Source of the DNA: Calditrichia bacterium | Lineage (GTDB): Bacteria > Calditrichota > Calditrichia > JAJRVZ01 | Direction: 5' to 3' | Assembly: GCA_963796965.1 (NCBI GenBank) | Contig: CAWCNS010000007.1 | Location: 1 to 64,000, forward strand | Length of the DNA: 64,000 nt | Shown: positions 41,578 through 52,885 of the stretch, one piece after another | Layout: each line of letters starts with the position of its first letter | Numbering within the stretch: the first letter of the stretch is position 1 | Program-made: the position numbers and the translations under genes | Notes under the pieces: model-generated | Told to the model about the DNA's origin: nothing | Database searches by the model: none | The model's input: the letters and a program-made list of their open reading frames with translations, nothing else

Positions 41578-43963
41578 TCATGAATCAATATTCTGAACGA
41601 GCTTTTTAAACATTAACCCATAGAACATTTCTAGATAACGCCTGGTTTCGTCTCTTTCGAGGTTGGTGACATATTTCCAAAAGCCATAAATTCGGGAGAG
41701 GGTCATTAAGCGCGAAGCATATAATTTCCAGGTATATTTTTCTTGTACCCGTTTTATACCGCCTTTAGATATTTCTTCCCAGTAATTTGGGTTTTCTTTA
41801 CATTTTAAGAAAAAATTAGTTATGGTTTTTGAAGCTTCTTCTCCATGATCAGGATCGATATGAAAACCGGAGGTACCGTGATTAATAATCTCCAGCGGGC
41901 CACCATTTTGAGTCGCAAAAGTGGGAAGTCCGGATACCATCGCTTCAATAACCGTTAAACCAAAAGCTTCAAAAAGTGCAGGCTGAACAAAAATACCTTT
42001 TTTATCAGCTGATATAGCGGTATAATTCGCCATTAAAATTTTTATAAGATTGTTTTTCAACCCAGCGAACTTTACCCTCAAGATTATACTCCCTGATCAA
42101 TTTGTAGACTTGTTTAATTTGCAGGACTTCTTCTTCGTCCTTTGAGAGGGATTCATCAATAAAACCGGCAACTAAAAACAGATTTGCCAATTCTTGTAAT
42201 TGCTCATTTTGGCCGTACCATTGGACAAGACCACTAATATTTTTCACATGATCGAGACGAGACATGGCAAAAATAATCGGTTTTTCCTTATCTTCATATA
42301 TTCCGGTTGCATAAGACAAGCCATCTTTATAAATCAAAGTTTCAATATCGGGATGAAGATCTTTGAGCCGTCGGTCCTCCTCATAATATGGAAAATATAC
42401 CTCTGCATCCGCACCGGGAGAGACAATATTAAATTTTGGATCAAAAACATTAACACCGTTAACCACTCTGTAGAGTTCTGGCATTGTAAATGCAGAATAG
42501 CTTTCATACTGTCCTATCACTTCATTATTTCCGGCTATTTCCTGATAGGTACTCGTGATTATAAAATCTGCTGTATTCATAGCAATCAGATCCGCTGTAA
42601 ATTGAGTCGGAAAATGATATTGCTCCTCATATTCTTTCCATTTAAGTGCTGAGTAAACATATTTAGTTTTCTCGAGTGCATGTGCGATATTACACTGGGT
42701 TACTCCCATTCGTTGTGACAATAATGAGGCAACCAGGTTACCATCAGAATAGTTACCTATAATTAAATCAGGACGACCTTGTAATTCAGTTAAGATTTCA
42801 CGTTCAGCATCTATTGTGAATTGTTCCAGATAAGGCCAGATTTTAAATCGTGAAATCCATTGAGGAACGATATCACCATTCTTATTACGAAATGGAATGC
42901 GCATTATTTTCGCATTTTTTGTTCCGATTATTTCCTCAACCGGAATATTACAGGTCGTATCGCCAGCCTCCGGAATTAATCTGGTGACGACAATAATTTC
43001 TGGTTCAATATCCAAGCCCAGATGATAAAAACGTTCCTGCATTTCCTGTTCAAGCGCACGAACCTGATCCAGTATATATACAATTTGCCCACCGGTATCC
43101 GGTAAGCCTAATACATTGGATTGACCAAAATAACCGTGGGGTGAAAGAATGATCACATTGAAAATGATCGGGAGATCACCGAGAAATTTCAACAGATCTT
43201 CAGAGGAAGGCGCTTCAAGAATGTCTGAAAGTTGATATAAGCGATCAAGCATGATTTTGACAGTCCGACCCCAACCGGGTTCAAATCCCAGCTCCTGTAA
43301 ATCTGCACTAATCTCAGAAGTTTCATTCGTGCTGTCCTGCTTTTCCAGCAATTTTTGTGCTTGCCGGAGACTTTTTCGCAGTGTATTCACATCCGTAATC
43401 ATTGCATTGAGCATCAATTGTTGCCCTTTATATTGATGCATGTGCAGAAAATCAAACAAGCGCTGATCACCAGTATCCATCTTGGAAAATAAGTGATTGG
43501 AGAGATAGCGATTTAAAAATTCCACACCTCTGCCAATAGATTTGGTCTCTTTCATTCGGGGAAAACCACGATTAAATGGGGTTAAATCAATCTCTAGCGT
43601 CCAGGGATCGGGATCACGATGACTATTGGCCAATCGTTCTTCAAACTGAAGATATTCCGAAACGGACACCTCACTTAAAGAAACTTCATCTAGATGAAAT
43701 TTATAATATTTAGTATGTGCAATTCCATCTCTTACTGAAAAATATACCCAGGGAGATTCAAAGGCTGCTACCTGAGTGTTAAAAACAAATTTTTCGATAG
43801 TTGTGTCTTTGAGCGCTTTGCCTGATTCCGTATTTACAAATTGCATATATTCATACCAGATATCAGAGTGCAACATTAGAGTTTTATTTAGCTTTACAAA
43901 ATGTCTGAACAGGGAAAATATTAAAGCGCGATTATTGCCAATAAATTCATTCATTGTCTTCAT
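41578..43963 (-). CDS. sus: Sucrose synthase (GT4; frameshift near 42040)
   Basis: [50 protein letters not shown] and [16 protein letters not shown]. Confidence 0.92.
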
Positions 43964-46127
43964 CAAAATCAACCTCATCATTAATATTAATATCTCCTAA
44001 GAACTGATAATGCTCGATTCCTTCGGTAATACCATTTGCATATGAATTTTTAGCAAAATATATCCGGGGTTTATCCCGTAATTTTGCCAGCTCTTTGCTG
44101 TAATTTCCTACAACGACGCCTAATACATCTCCACTTAGCATTTCTTCATCATTCCCTGAATCGCCGGCAACCAAAACAAGTTCCGAAGGTAAACCCCATT
44201 TAATGGCCAGATAGCGAACCGCTAATCCTTTTGAGGCACGGATTGGTAAAATATCTAAATACTTATTGTGTGAATGAATAACTTTAACCCTGATATTTTT
44301 ATTTCTTAAATGTCTTACAATCTGACGTTTTGTATGTGGTTTATTCCCAACCAGATTATAACTGATTTTATATAGTCTTTGTTCGCTTTTCTCCTGAAGT
44401 ACAAGCCCATCTAACTCCGAAAGAGCCTTCATTGCCCGCTCAGGCTCCCAAAAGTAATTAAGATGATGCTTCCAGGTACGGTCTTCTATAAAGGCATCAC
44501 CATAGTTAATTTCACTGCCGACGGATGTGATGAATATATCCGGCATCGGTACTTTTGATTTTTTTAAAATTGCGACAGCACTATCCAACCTCCGACCCGT
44601 CGCGATTCCAAATCCTACATTTTCATGAGATTTTTTTAAAATGTTTATGAATGATCTTAATCCCGGCGCATCTCCGATGAGGGTATTATCGATATCGCTG
44701 ATAATCAATCTGTCCACCATTGGCAGGCGGTTTCTGGTTTTTATAAGTAAATTTCTTTTATAATATTTTTTTTCGGTTTCTTTTTTAAGGGTCGCCAAAT
44801 ATTTTCTTACATGGCTATGCCATGAATAGAATTTTCGTACATTACGGGTGCCGTTTTTTGAATAGCTTGCCCAAATTGATTTATCTTTTATAATATTTTC
44901 GATAAGTTTTCCCATTTTTTTGGAATCCAGAGGATCGACCAGTCTACCATTCTGACAACTGCCAATAATATCTACTGGCCCGCCATCAGCTGTCGCAATA
45001 AGTGGCAAGCCACTCGCCGATGCCTCTAAAAGGGTCAAGCCAAACGGTTCTGTTAAAGCAGGATTTACAAAAACACCTTTTGTCTTGGCAGCAATTCTAT
45101 AAAGTTCAGGGACATCGTCAGCCAGATGTTTCTTAGGATATGCACACTTACCATAAAGATTATATTTATCAACTAACATTAAGATATTTGATAAAACACG
45201 ACGTGCACCAGCGGGCATTTGCTGAATATCATCACGGTTACCTGCAACGATGACTAAATTCGTGTTTTGTCTCAGATACGTGTTCTCACCATATGTACGG
45301 ATAAGTGTCTCGATGTTTTTTCTTTCATCCGCGCGGGACATGGCAAATATAATTGGCTTTCGTGGATTTTTTAAGAACCGGTTAATCTCTTTGATAATTG
45401 GAGCCCGTGATGAACTTCGTTTCGGTGGAAAAAATACATCCATGTCAATACCGGGTGGTATCACAAGCATGCGTTTCGGATCATAATGATCGTAGATCTG
45501 GTACTGCTCATTGATTTCCTGATTGGTACTGGCAATTACCCTGATGGCAGTATCAAGCGCAAATTCTTCAGCTTCAATTCGCCGGGTTATATTATATCGC
45601 TTTTCAATGTCTGATTTCTTCATGCCATTTTCCAAGAGACGTTTTCGTTTTACGCGACCGAGTGAATGTCCTGTGAAGACAAACGGGACACCTAGTAAAC
45701 GTGAAATTTGAGCACCAACGTAGCCGGCATCCGCATAATGTCCATGGATAATATCGGGTATTCTACCTCTGTTACGAATATGTTGTACGGCCTGATCAGA
45801 AAAGCTATCTAGGTATGGCCATAGAACTTCCTTTCTCAAATAGCGTTTGGGTCCACAAGGGATACGAATAATCGAGGTGATTTTATTTAACTGCTCCTCT
45901 TTCTCACCATAAATTGAATCTACTTTTGGATCAATGATCATCCGAGTCAGTAAATCCACCTGGCCGATACGTGGATCCGAGGACAATTTTTTTATAAACT
46001 CAAGGACGTATTTTACCTGGCCACCTGTGTCCGCATCTCTGCCTAACTCCAGGTTGTCGCCACGAATTAAACCATGGATACTTAAAACTAATATATATAA
46101 TCCATCCGGATTGTATTTTATTGACAT
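43947..46127 (-). CDS. sps: Sucrose-phosphate synthase with C-terminal HAD (SPP-like) domain
   Basis: [38 protein letters not shown] motifs SDIDNTL and GDSGND. Confidence 0.9.
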   Translation of the reverse strand: MSIKYNPDGLYILVLSIHGLIRGDNLELGRDADTGGQVKYVLEFIKKLSSDPRIGQVDLLTRMIIDPKVDSIYGEKEEQLNKITSIIRIPCGPKRYLRKEVLWPYLDSFSDQAVQHIRNRGRIPDIIHGHYADAGYVGAQISRLLGVPFVFTGHSLGRVKRKRLLENGMKKSDIEKRYNITRRIEAEEFALDTAIRVIASTNQEINEQYQIYDHYDPKRMLVIPPGIDMDVFFPPKRSSSRAPIIKEINRFLKNPRKPIIFAMSRADERKNIETLIRTYGENTYLRQNTNLVIVAGNRDDIQQMPAGARRVLSNILMLVDKYNLYGKCAYPKKHLADDVPELYRIAAKTKGVFVNPALTEPFGLTLLEASASGLPLIATADGGPVDIIGSCQNGRLVDPLDSKKMGKLIENIIKDKSIWASYSKNGTRNVRKFYSWHSHVRKYLATLKKETEKKYYKRNLLIKTRNRLPMVDRLIISDIDNTLIGDAPGLRSFINILKKSHENVGFGIATGRRLDSAVAILKKSKVPMPDIFITSVGSEINYGDAFIEDRTWKHHLNYFWEPERAMKALSELDGLVLQEKSEQRLYKISYNLVGNKPHTKRQIVRHLRNKNIRVKVIHSHNKYLDILPIRASKGLAVRYLAIKWGLPSELVLVAGDSGNDEEMLSGDVLGVVVGNYSKELAKLRDKPRIYFAKNSYANGITEGIEHYQFLGDININDEVDFDEDNE

Positions 46128-46201
46128 TTTTTCTTTCTTACCTTAAAAGTTTTTTAAATTTTAAATTCTAAATTCTAAATTCTAAATTATAAAATCAAAT
46201 T

Positions 46202-48073
46202 TTATAAATCTTTCTTCTTGCCAAACTCCGGATCAATATAAATAAACTTTATAATCAGGAATGAGGGGATTGTTGCAATCATCACCCAGATAAAGAAATT
46301 TTGGTAACCAATTAGCTCCTGAATATAACCGCTGATCATTCCCGGAATCATCATCCCCAATGCCATAAATCCTGTCGTAATTGCAAAATGGGCTGTTTTA
46401 TGCTCTCCGTCTGAAACATAGATCATGTAGAGCATATAGGCCGTAAAGCCAAAACCATATCCAAATTGTTCAATGGCTACACAAATATTGATGATCACAA
46501 AACTATCCGGAACTGCATAGGATAAATAGACATAAACAATATCGGGTAGATTGATGGCAATTACCATGGGCCATATCCAGAATCTAAGACCGTGCTTTGC
46601 CGCTAAAAAACCACCTAATAATCCACCGATCGTAAGAGCCAAAATTCCAATAGTGCCGTAAACCAGACCAACCTCACCGGTTGTGAGGGCCAGACCACCT
46701 GCCTCCTGAGAATCAAGTAGAAAGGGAGAGGCTAATTTTATGATTTGAGATTCTGCTAGTCTGAATAGCAAAAGAAATCCTAATACTGAGAGGATCCGCT
46801 CTTTTTTAAAGAAAAGGATAAAGGTGTCAATAAATTCCCTTAAGGGATTCTTTGATTTATCTGATAATGCCGGCTGATCTGTTGTCGGGTAGGGCAAGAT
46901 GAATTTATGATAGATAAAGAATAATACGAATAAAACCGCGAGGGCAAAAAAAGTAATAGACCATGCCAGGGAAATATTCCCGGCCTGACCTGAAAAACTT
47001 GCCTCCGTAACACCCTTGAGTTTTGGATCTAGTTCGATAAGGGCCAGGGCTGGTTTGTTCCAGTTGTTTTGGTCAAATAAAAGCCTCGTACCAGCAGCAG
47101 GATCTCTACTTAGCGATATACTCTTATCGCCCATGCTTCGGCCAAAGTTAAGAATAATTTGTTCGTTATCATCCGGTTTTTGGGAGAGTTGGAAATAGAG
47201 TAAACCGGCGTTTCCAGCCAAATTTTTACTTTCAACTACTTTTTGCTCTCCAAAGGTCTCGCGAATATATTTTTCAAATTTATTCACGATCTCACGGGTC
47301 CACCAGGAATCCTCTTTCAATTTTTGCTGTTCTGATTTTGTTTGGATCTCCGCCTGGACATGTCCATTATCCCTATTCCAATCTTTGACAAACTGCAATA
47401 GAGAATCTTTTGTGGATCTGGCAATTGGTATAGTTGATAACTGAAGTGCTCCAGGATAGGTAATGATTTTTAACGTATTTTCATTAAAATCAATCTGCAA
47501 AGAATCAGGGTGGAGCCACTGGGCGGTCTCTTTATGATTATTTGTTTGCACAACAATGTCGCCCGATTCTAATCCGCTGCTGCTTTCAATAAATCCGGCC
47601 AGGATAACCAATAAGCCCTGTCCGGTAATCATGGCAAAACGGTAAAAAGTGCTGCGCACACCCACAAACCAAGCCTGGTCGTACTGAGATAATCCAAGCA
47701 TATAAAAGCCATCAGCAGCAATATCATGGGTGGCTGAGCTGAAGGCGAGAAGCCAGAAAAAGAGCAGGGTATAGCGAAAAAAATCCGGTACGGGGATAGT
47801 CAAGGCGACGCCTCCCAACCCAGCACCGATAAAGAGTTGCATGGTGATTATCCAGAACCGTTTTGTGCGGAACATGTCAACAACCGGGCTCCAAAAGGGT
47901 TTAATTACCCATGGTAAGTAGAGCCAACTGGTATACAGTGCAATATCAGTATTGGATATTCCCATCCGTTTGTACATGATTACTGAAACGGTCATTACAA
48001 CGATATAAGGGATTCCTTCAGCATAATAAAGACTTGGTATCCACCACCAGCCGTTACGCTTTTCCTTTGACAT
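46202..48073 (-). CDS. ampG: AmpG-like MFS muropeptide permease with large soluble insertion
   Basis: SLYYAEGIP, YLPWVIKPFWSP, SATHDIAADGFY and EQFGYGFGFTAY. Confidence 0.85.
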   Translation of the reverse strand: MSKEKRNGWWWIPSLYYAEGIPYIVVMTVSVIMYKRMGISNTDIALYTSWLYLPWVIKPFWSPVVDMFRTKRFWIITMQLFIGAGLGGVALTIPVPDFFRYTLLFFWLLAFSSATHDIAADGFYMLGLSQYDQAWFVGVRSTFYRFAMITGQGLLVILAGFIESSSGLESGDIVVQTNNHKETAQWLHPDSLQIDFNENTLKIITYPGALQLSTIPIARSTKDSLLQFVKDWNRDNGHVQAEIQTKSEQQKLKEDSWWTREIVNKFEKYIRETFGEQKVVESKNLAGNAGLLYFQLSQKPDDNEQIILNFGRSMGDKSISLSRDPAAGTRLLFDQNNWNKPALALIELDPKLKGVTEASFSGQAGNISLAWSITFFALAVLFVLFFIYHKFILPYPTTDQPALSDKSKNPLREFIDTFILFFKKERILSVLGFLLLFRLAESQIIKLASPFLLDSQEAGGLALTTGEVGLVYGTIGILALTIGGLLGGFLAAKHGLRFWIWPMVIAINLPDIVYVYLSYAVPDSFVIINICVAIEQFGYGFGFTAYMLYMIYVSDGEHKTAHFAITTGFMALGMMIPGMISGYIQELIGYQNFFIWVMIATIPSFLIIKFIYIDPEFGKKKDL

Positions 48074-48444
48074 GGATTCTCCGGATTGAATGTTCTATGA
48101 AATAACAGATTTTATTTCACGCAGCGACGCAGAGCCGCAGCGGGTATAAAAATTAAGACAAAAAACAAAAGAAAAAATATCATCCACGAATTCTACTAAT
48201 TTATACGAATTTCTCGAATTATTGCATTTTAATTGTGTTTGTCATTCTGGAAGAATCTTCCTTCGTGTAGAGTCATATTCATCAAGAAGGAAGATCCCTC
48301 TCCCAAGACGCAATCCCGTTCCGGGACGGGATGACATACAGTTGAAATATATTTATACCTTTTACCTTTTTCCTTTTGCCTTATTCCCCGAATCCCCAAT
48401 TCCAAATTACTAATTACCAGTTACAAATTACCAACCCCCAACCC

Positions 48445-49776
48445 CTAATAAATCTTTCTCAACTCACTTCCTGGATAATAATGGACCAATATCTCTTCCG
48501 TGCTATAACCGGCCAGAGACATCCCAAGAGCACCAATCTGACAATAGCCGGCACCATGCCCCCAGCCAGCGCCCTTAATAGTAAATCTTTTGGGGAGAAA
48601 ATTGTCATCCCCTGAAAATGCGTCAACATAGAAACAGGAACTATATAAAAAGCCCTTGTGCATGGCTGCGCGTATCGTATATTCTCCCTTAATCAAATAA
48701 TGCACTTCGCTGCCATTGTCAGTGAGATATATGATATTCAGTTCTGTTAAACGCCCAGATCCGCCTCGTTTAAGCGGGATAAATCTCAGAATACCAGTTG
48801 TATTAAGATCCAGTTTTGAATTTAAAAGTGCTGTTATCTCATTCTGGGTATAAGAAACTTGCCAGCGAAAATAGGTGCCTTCCTCATCGACACTCCCCAA
48901 ATACATTTTTAAGGATGATTCTGGTACATAGGCCGGGCTGCAGAAAGTTTTTGGTACTGAATCTATCCAATTTATTACCTCGTTTTCATCTTCAAGTGCC
49001 AAAGCAGGGTGGTCGAATCCTGTCTCCGCATCCGGTATAGATCTAAGATAGGGCAGGTCGGGACCTGACCAGATATTCGTAAATGATTCCATCTTTCCAC
49101 CACAACTTTTTGAATAACGGGCATCACAGATCTTACCCTCGTAGAGTAAGACCTTCCCATTTGTATTAATGGCTCCCTCGATGGATTGATGGGTGAGATT
49201 TGCATTACCCTGGTATCGCTGACAGCAATCATCATTACATACGTCCATTCCCAATAAAATATGCTTCTGTTCTATATTAGCCAGCATCCAGGATCTTGCT
49301 GCTATTGTCTGAGACTCGATAAGGGCTGGTGGGCAGGCAGCACCCATCTCTGAGGTGGCTACACACATCAGGTATTCTTCTAACGGGAGTTCGTTAATAA
49401 GAATCAGATGATTTTCGTATGCTTTAATCTCTATTGAACCGGAGACAATAATGTCAATTGGTTTTTGCCAGTGAAAACCCCTTCCGGCCGTAATATCCTT
49501 GATTTTTAAACCGGAATGGGGTTGAATAGGGAGATTCTGAACAGGCCGGATTGTCCAGGTAGGTGCATGATATTCCTTGTATTTTATGCTCTCGCCGGTA
49601 AGCATAAAATCCAGGGTCATTTCCTGCTCTGAAAATTCTGATATGGCATCGGAAGTAACCTCATAAGATAAATCTGCCGGCATGATAATGGTTACGGATT
49701 TTTTTGAATCCTCCGGGAGAATAATCCCAACTCTTAGAAGCGGTTCTTTATCAGGGATCTTATTTGCTATTAGCAT
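48445..49776 (-). CDS. SpoIID/LytB domain protein
   Basis: INELPLEEYL..SEM, AARS, DVCNDDCCQRYQG and GAGWGHGAGYCQIGA. Confidence 0.9.
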   Translation of the reverse strand: MLIANKIPDKEPLLRVGIILPEDSKKSVTIIMPADLSYEVTSDAISEFSEQEMTLDFMLTGESIKYKEYHAPTWTIRPVQNLPIQPHSGLKIKDITAGRGFHWQKPIDIIVSGSIEIKAYENHLILINELPLEEYLMCVATSEMGAACPPALIESQTIAARSWMLANIEQKHILLGMDVCNDDCCQRYQGNANLTHQSIEGAINTNGKVLLYEGKICDARYSKSCGGKMESFTNIWSGPDLPYLRSIPDAETGFDHPALALEDENEVINWIDSVPKTFCSPAYVPESSLKMYLGSVDEEGTYFRWQVSYTQNEITALLNSKLDLNTTGILRFIPLKRGGSGRLTELNIIYLTDNGSEVHYLIKGEYTIRAAMHKGFLYSSCFYVDAFSGDDNFLPKRFTIKGAGWGHGAGYCQIGALGMSLAGYSTEEILVHYYPGSELRKIY

Positions 49777-50052
49777 TTTAACATTCTATATAATAATAAC
49801 ATCGTTTTAAAAGAATAAACCGCAAAGACGCTACGAATCACAAGGAACGCAAAGAATAAATTCATCAGGAAATTTGAGTAATTATAGTCCCTTTATTTCT
49901 AATATTGAACTGGTATTATATAAAAATCTTCAAAAATTTTGGCATAAAATAATTACTTCGTCATTACGAACTTGTTTCGGAATCTCGTTCAAAAGAATAA
50001 TATTCTTCCTGGCGTACTTTGCGTCTTCCTTGCATCTCTGCGGTAAGATCTT

Positions 50053-51262
50053 TTAATTAAGTCTGCAATAGGTCAGATGGGCATCAATCCCGGCACCCAA
50101 GGCAGGTGCTTCAAGTAATTTAGAAAATTTGAGTTTTCCGGTTCTAAATGTTTGTCCATCGCAGTACTGGGTTTTTACATTCTCTGTCAGGCAATCGGAA
50201 TTAATGATTAGTGAAGAGAGCTGGCTAAGAAAAGGTAGAGTTAATACCTTGTGGCCCTCATTGCTGTTCATTAATTCTCCCAAACGTTGTCCAATCACGA
50301 TGTGATCAAAATATTTATTCTTATAGGGGTGATCGGGAATAAGATTGTCTCTGTTGGGATTCACAAAACCAAAGTGATTTCTGGATCCACAGAACAAGGT
50401 TGTGATGCGTTCATAAATCAACAGGGCTAGATATTTTGCTATGTCTTTATAGGTTGAAACAGACTGCTTTATTGCCCTGTACAGCCAGGGATGCAATTTC
50501 AGCCGGAAATATTTTTTTCGCATTTAATTGTTCTGTTGATATCTTGCTATGAAGTGAGTAGAGATATTGTAATCCGGAAGCAGAAGCGTATCGTTCAAGG
50601 GATAAATCCTGATCATTTTTCATCTCCCAGGTTTTGGCCATCCAGGATTTTATATGGTCAAAAGGTACTAACTGACCATCAAGAACTAAGGCATCAGCCG
50701 CGCCCGTGCCACCACCAAGATAATAGGCATTATCAACATCTTTAAATGTACCATCCTTAGCATATAATTCACCAATCCCGCAATAATCCGCATCACTTCC
50801 AAGCCTTGCTATTGGCGCAGCCAATTGAATATTCATCTTCGCCAGCTCAGATTCTATCACATCACAATAGGATAACATGCGGGGGCCATTTGCAATGACA
50901 TTGATCCCTCTCATGTCATCGGTTTTTAATCCGGGCATTCCGATGCCAATAACCAGAGGCACATTACCTACTGCTGATGCCAGAGATGCAATAGTGTCTA
51001 TGGTGGATTTGATATAAGTGATACCTTGTGATTCTTCCTTTTCGGTGATACGGATTTGATTACTGTCCCGCTCCGCTATTTGTTCTGGAACAGGCACAGG
51101 CGTAAAGTTGGGAAGGTATCCATCCTGTGAAGAATAATGTACCGTAGATTGAAAAGAAGATTGTGAATAACTTTTATTGTCATCAGAGACCTCAATAATC
51201 CCGCTGCTAACTTTTGTGGCCCCACCGTCGATTCCGATCAAAGCAAATTCTTTAGCGTTCAT
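50053..51262 (-). CDS. ROK-family sugar kinase-like protein (frameshift near 50490)
   Basis: IGIDGGATK, IGIGMPG, SDADYCGIGE, GGGTGAA, LERYASASG and APALGA. Confidence 0.75.
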
Positions 51263-51282
51263 AGTAACCCGTATTTAGAGGT

Positions 51283-52872
51283 TTATTTTACAGCACTTAA
51301 TTTTCGTCTTCTTTCTAAGGCTTGCAGCCGCATATAGTCCTTGGCCTCATCATTCCGATCGATGGTTGCATTATCAATACTGTGATCGGTTCCGCCTTTA
51401 TGTCTGACCACTTCATAGATGGGGTCCCAGATGCGACCAACTTTATATCTTTCACTAATCTTGAGTACCATTTCATAATCTTCACCATAATTTCTGGCAA
51501 ATGGCTCATCATTTATACCAAAATATCCCATTTGTTTTATCATATTTATAGGTATCGACCGCGGTGCCCCGGCCCCATTTATTCGCAGAAGATTGTTACG
51601 TCCATTCTCTTCGGTCCATTCATCGTGGGTAACAACCGGAATGCTGTCAACGCGTGATAAATCACCTGTTTTATTATCTTTCTCCCATACTTCATATGAA
51701 CCGATGACAATACCGATCCGGGCATCTGATTCGAATAGATTGAGGATTTTTTCAACGGCATCCTTTTTAAGTCGATCATCAGAATCCAATTGGATATAAT
51801 ATTTACCACGGGCATTCCTGGCGCCAAGGTTGAGACAAAATCCAATATTATTAATATCCACGGTAATTAATCTGACATCGGGATTGCCAGGGATATGATT
51901 TTTTCCGCCAGGCATATACGTCTTTACGGCATCATTGGTTGGATCATCATCTCCCCCGTTTACAACAACAATTATTTCTATCTCTTGTACAGATTGCCTC
52001 AGGACACTTTCTATCGCCGTTGTGATAAAATTGGGACGGTTGTTGACTGGAATTATTATAGTGGCTTTAAGTTTGGATTCGATGTCCTCCTCCAACCTGT
52101 CGGAATAATATCTTGATGGAGCAAGGTAGCAATTAATTTTTTTTAGATGGTTAGTAAGGACATCTTCAGCTTCCTTCTGGCTTTCTTTACTGGCTAATAA
52201 GTAGTCAAAGACATTATGTCCCTTATTCTGGGCGATCGTATGATAAAGTTCGCCTGCGTATCGGTTAGATATGTGAACTGGGCTACTCTCCTCCATAAGT
52301 TTTAAACGGATATCATAGAGTGTGTTAAATTCTAATGATTCATCAAATCCACCACATGTCACTAATGAACTCTGCCTGAAAAATAGCACCGCACCATAAT
52401 CCTGATTATCTCTTAAACGGCCATGGTGTGGTTTGAGGAGATGAATTTCGTTGGTTTTTCTACCTTTTTTTACAGCATAGTCAGAATAGATTAAACCTGC
52501 TTCAGGATTTCTTTCAGCTGACAGAAGGAAAAGTGAAGAGGCAGCGGAACGCAAATATACCTCTGCTGCGCGGTTATCTATATAGAGCAGAAAATCGCTG
52601 GTCGCTCGTGCTCTGGCAGCATTGAGCCAGGCGCCTAATGTAGAAAATTGCTCGTTTATAAATATTAAAGGATACCCATTTATATTCATAGAGGAGATTT
52701 CATTGGTAACATTTTCATTCAACTGTTGATCGAGGATGATCAGTTCCGGAATGATCTCCCTTTGTTGAAAAATGCCTGAGATGATATCATAAAAATTTTT
52801 AAGTGAATAAGGCAAATTATTTGGAAGGTGAACTATTATACTTAGAATAGGTTGAGATCGTTCATCAGGCAT
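51283..52872 (-). CDS. Two-domain GT2 family glycosyltransferase
   Basis: TIIIPVNNR, YIQLDSDD, NYGEDY, plus a degenerate N-terminal GT2 domain with IYSDY. Confidence 0.85.
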   Translation of the reverse strand: MPDERSQPILSIIVHLPNNLPYSLKNFYDIISGIFQQREIIPELIILDQQLNENVTNEISSMNINGYPLIFINEQFSTLGAWLNAARARATSDFLLYIDNRAAEVYLRSAASSLFLLSAERNPEAGLIYSDYAVKKGRKTNEIHLLKPHHGRLRDNQDYGAVLFFRQSSLVTCGGFDESLEFNTLYDIRLKLMEESSPVHISNRYAGELYHTIAQNKGHNVFDYLLASKESQKEAEDVLTNHLKKINCYLAPSRYYSDRLEEDIESKLKATIIIPVNNRPNFITTAIESVLRQSVQEIEIIVVVNGGDDDPTNDAVKTYMPGGKNHIPGNPDVRLITVDINNIGFCLNLGARNARGKYYIQLDSDDRLKKDAVEKILNLFESDARIGIVIGSYEVWEKDNKTGDLSRVDSIPVVTHDEWTEENGRNNLLRINGAGAPRSIPINMIKQMGYFGINDEPFARNYGEDYEMVLKISERYKVGRIWDPIYEVVRHKGGTDHSIDNATIDRNDEAKDYMRLQALERRRKLSAVK

Positions 52873-52885
52873 GAATCACTCCTTA

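Noticed and set aside
390..51262. Many frameshifted genes read as mass pseudogenisation, programmed frameshifting or a mutL mutator state
   Set aside because: Single-base indels also hit normally essential or conserved genes (lptC, mutL) with motifs intact on both sides. Uncorrected long-read consensus error is more parsimonious; raw reads are needed to decide.
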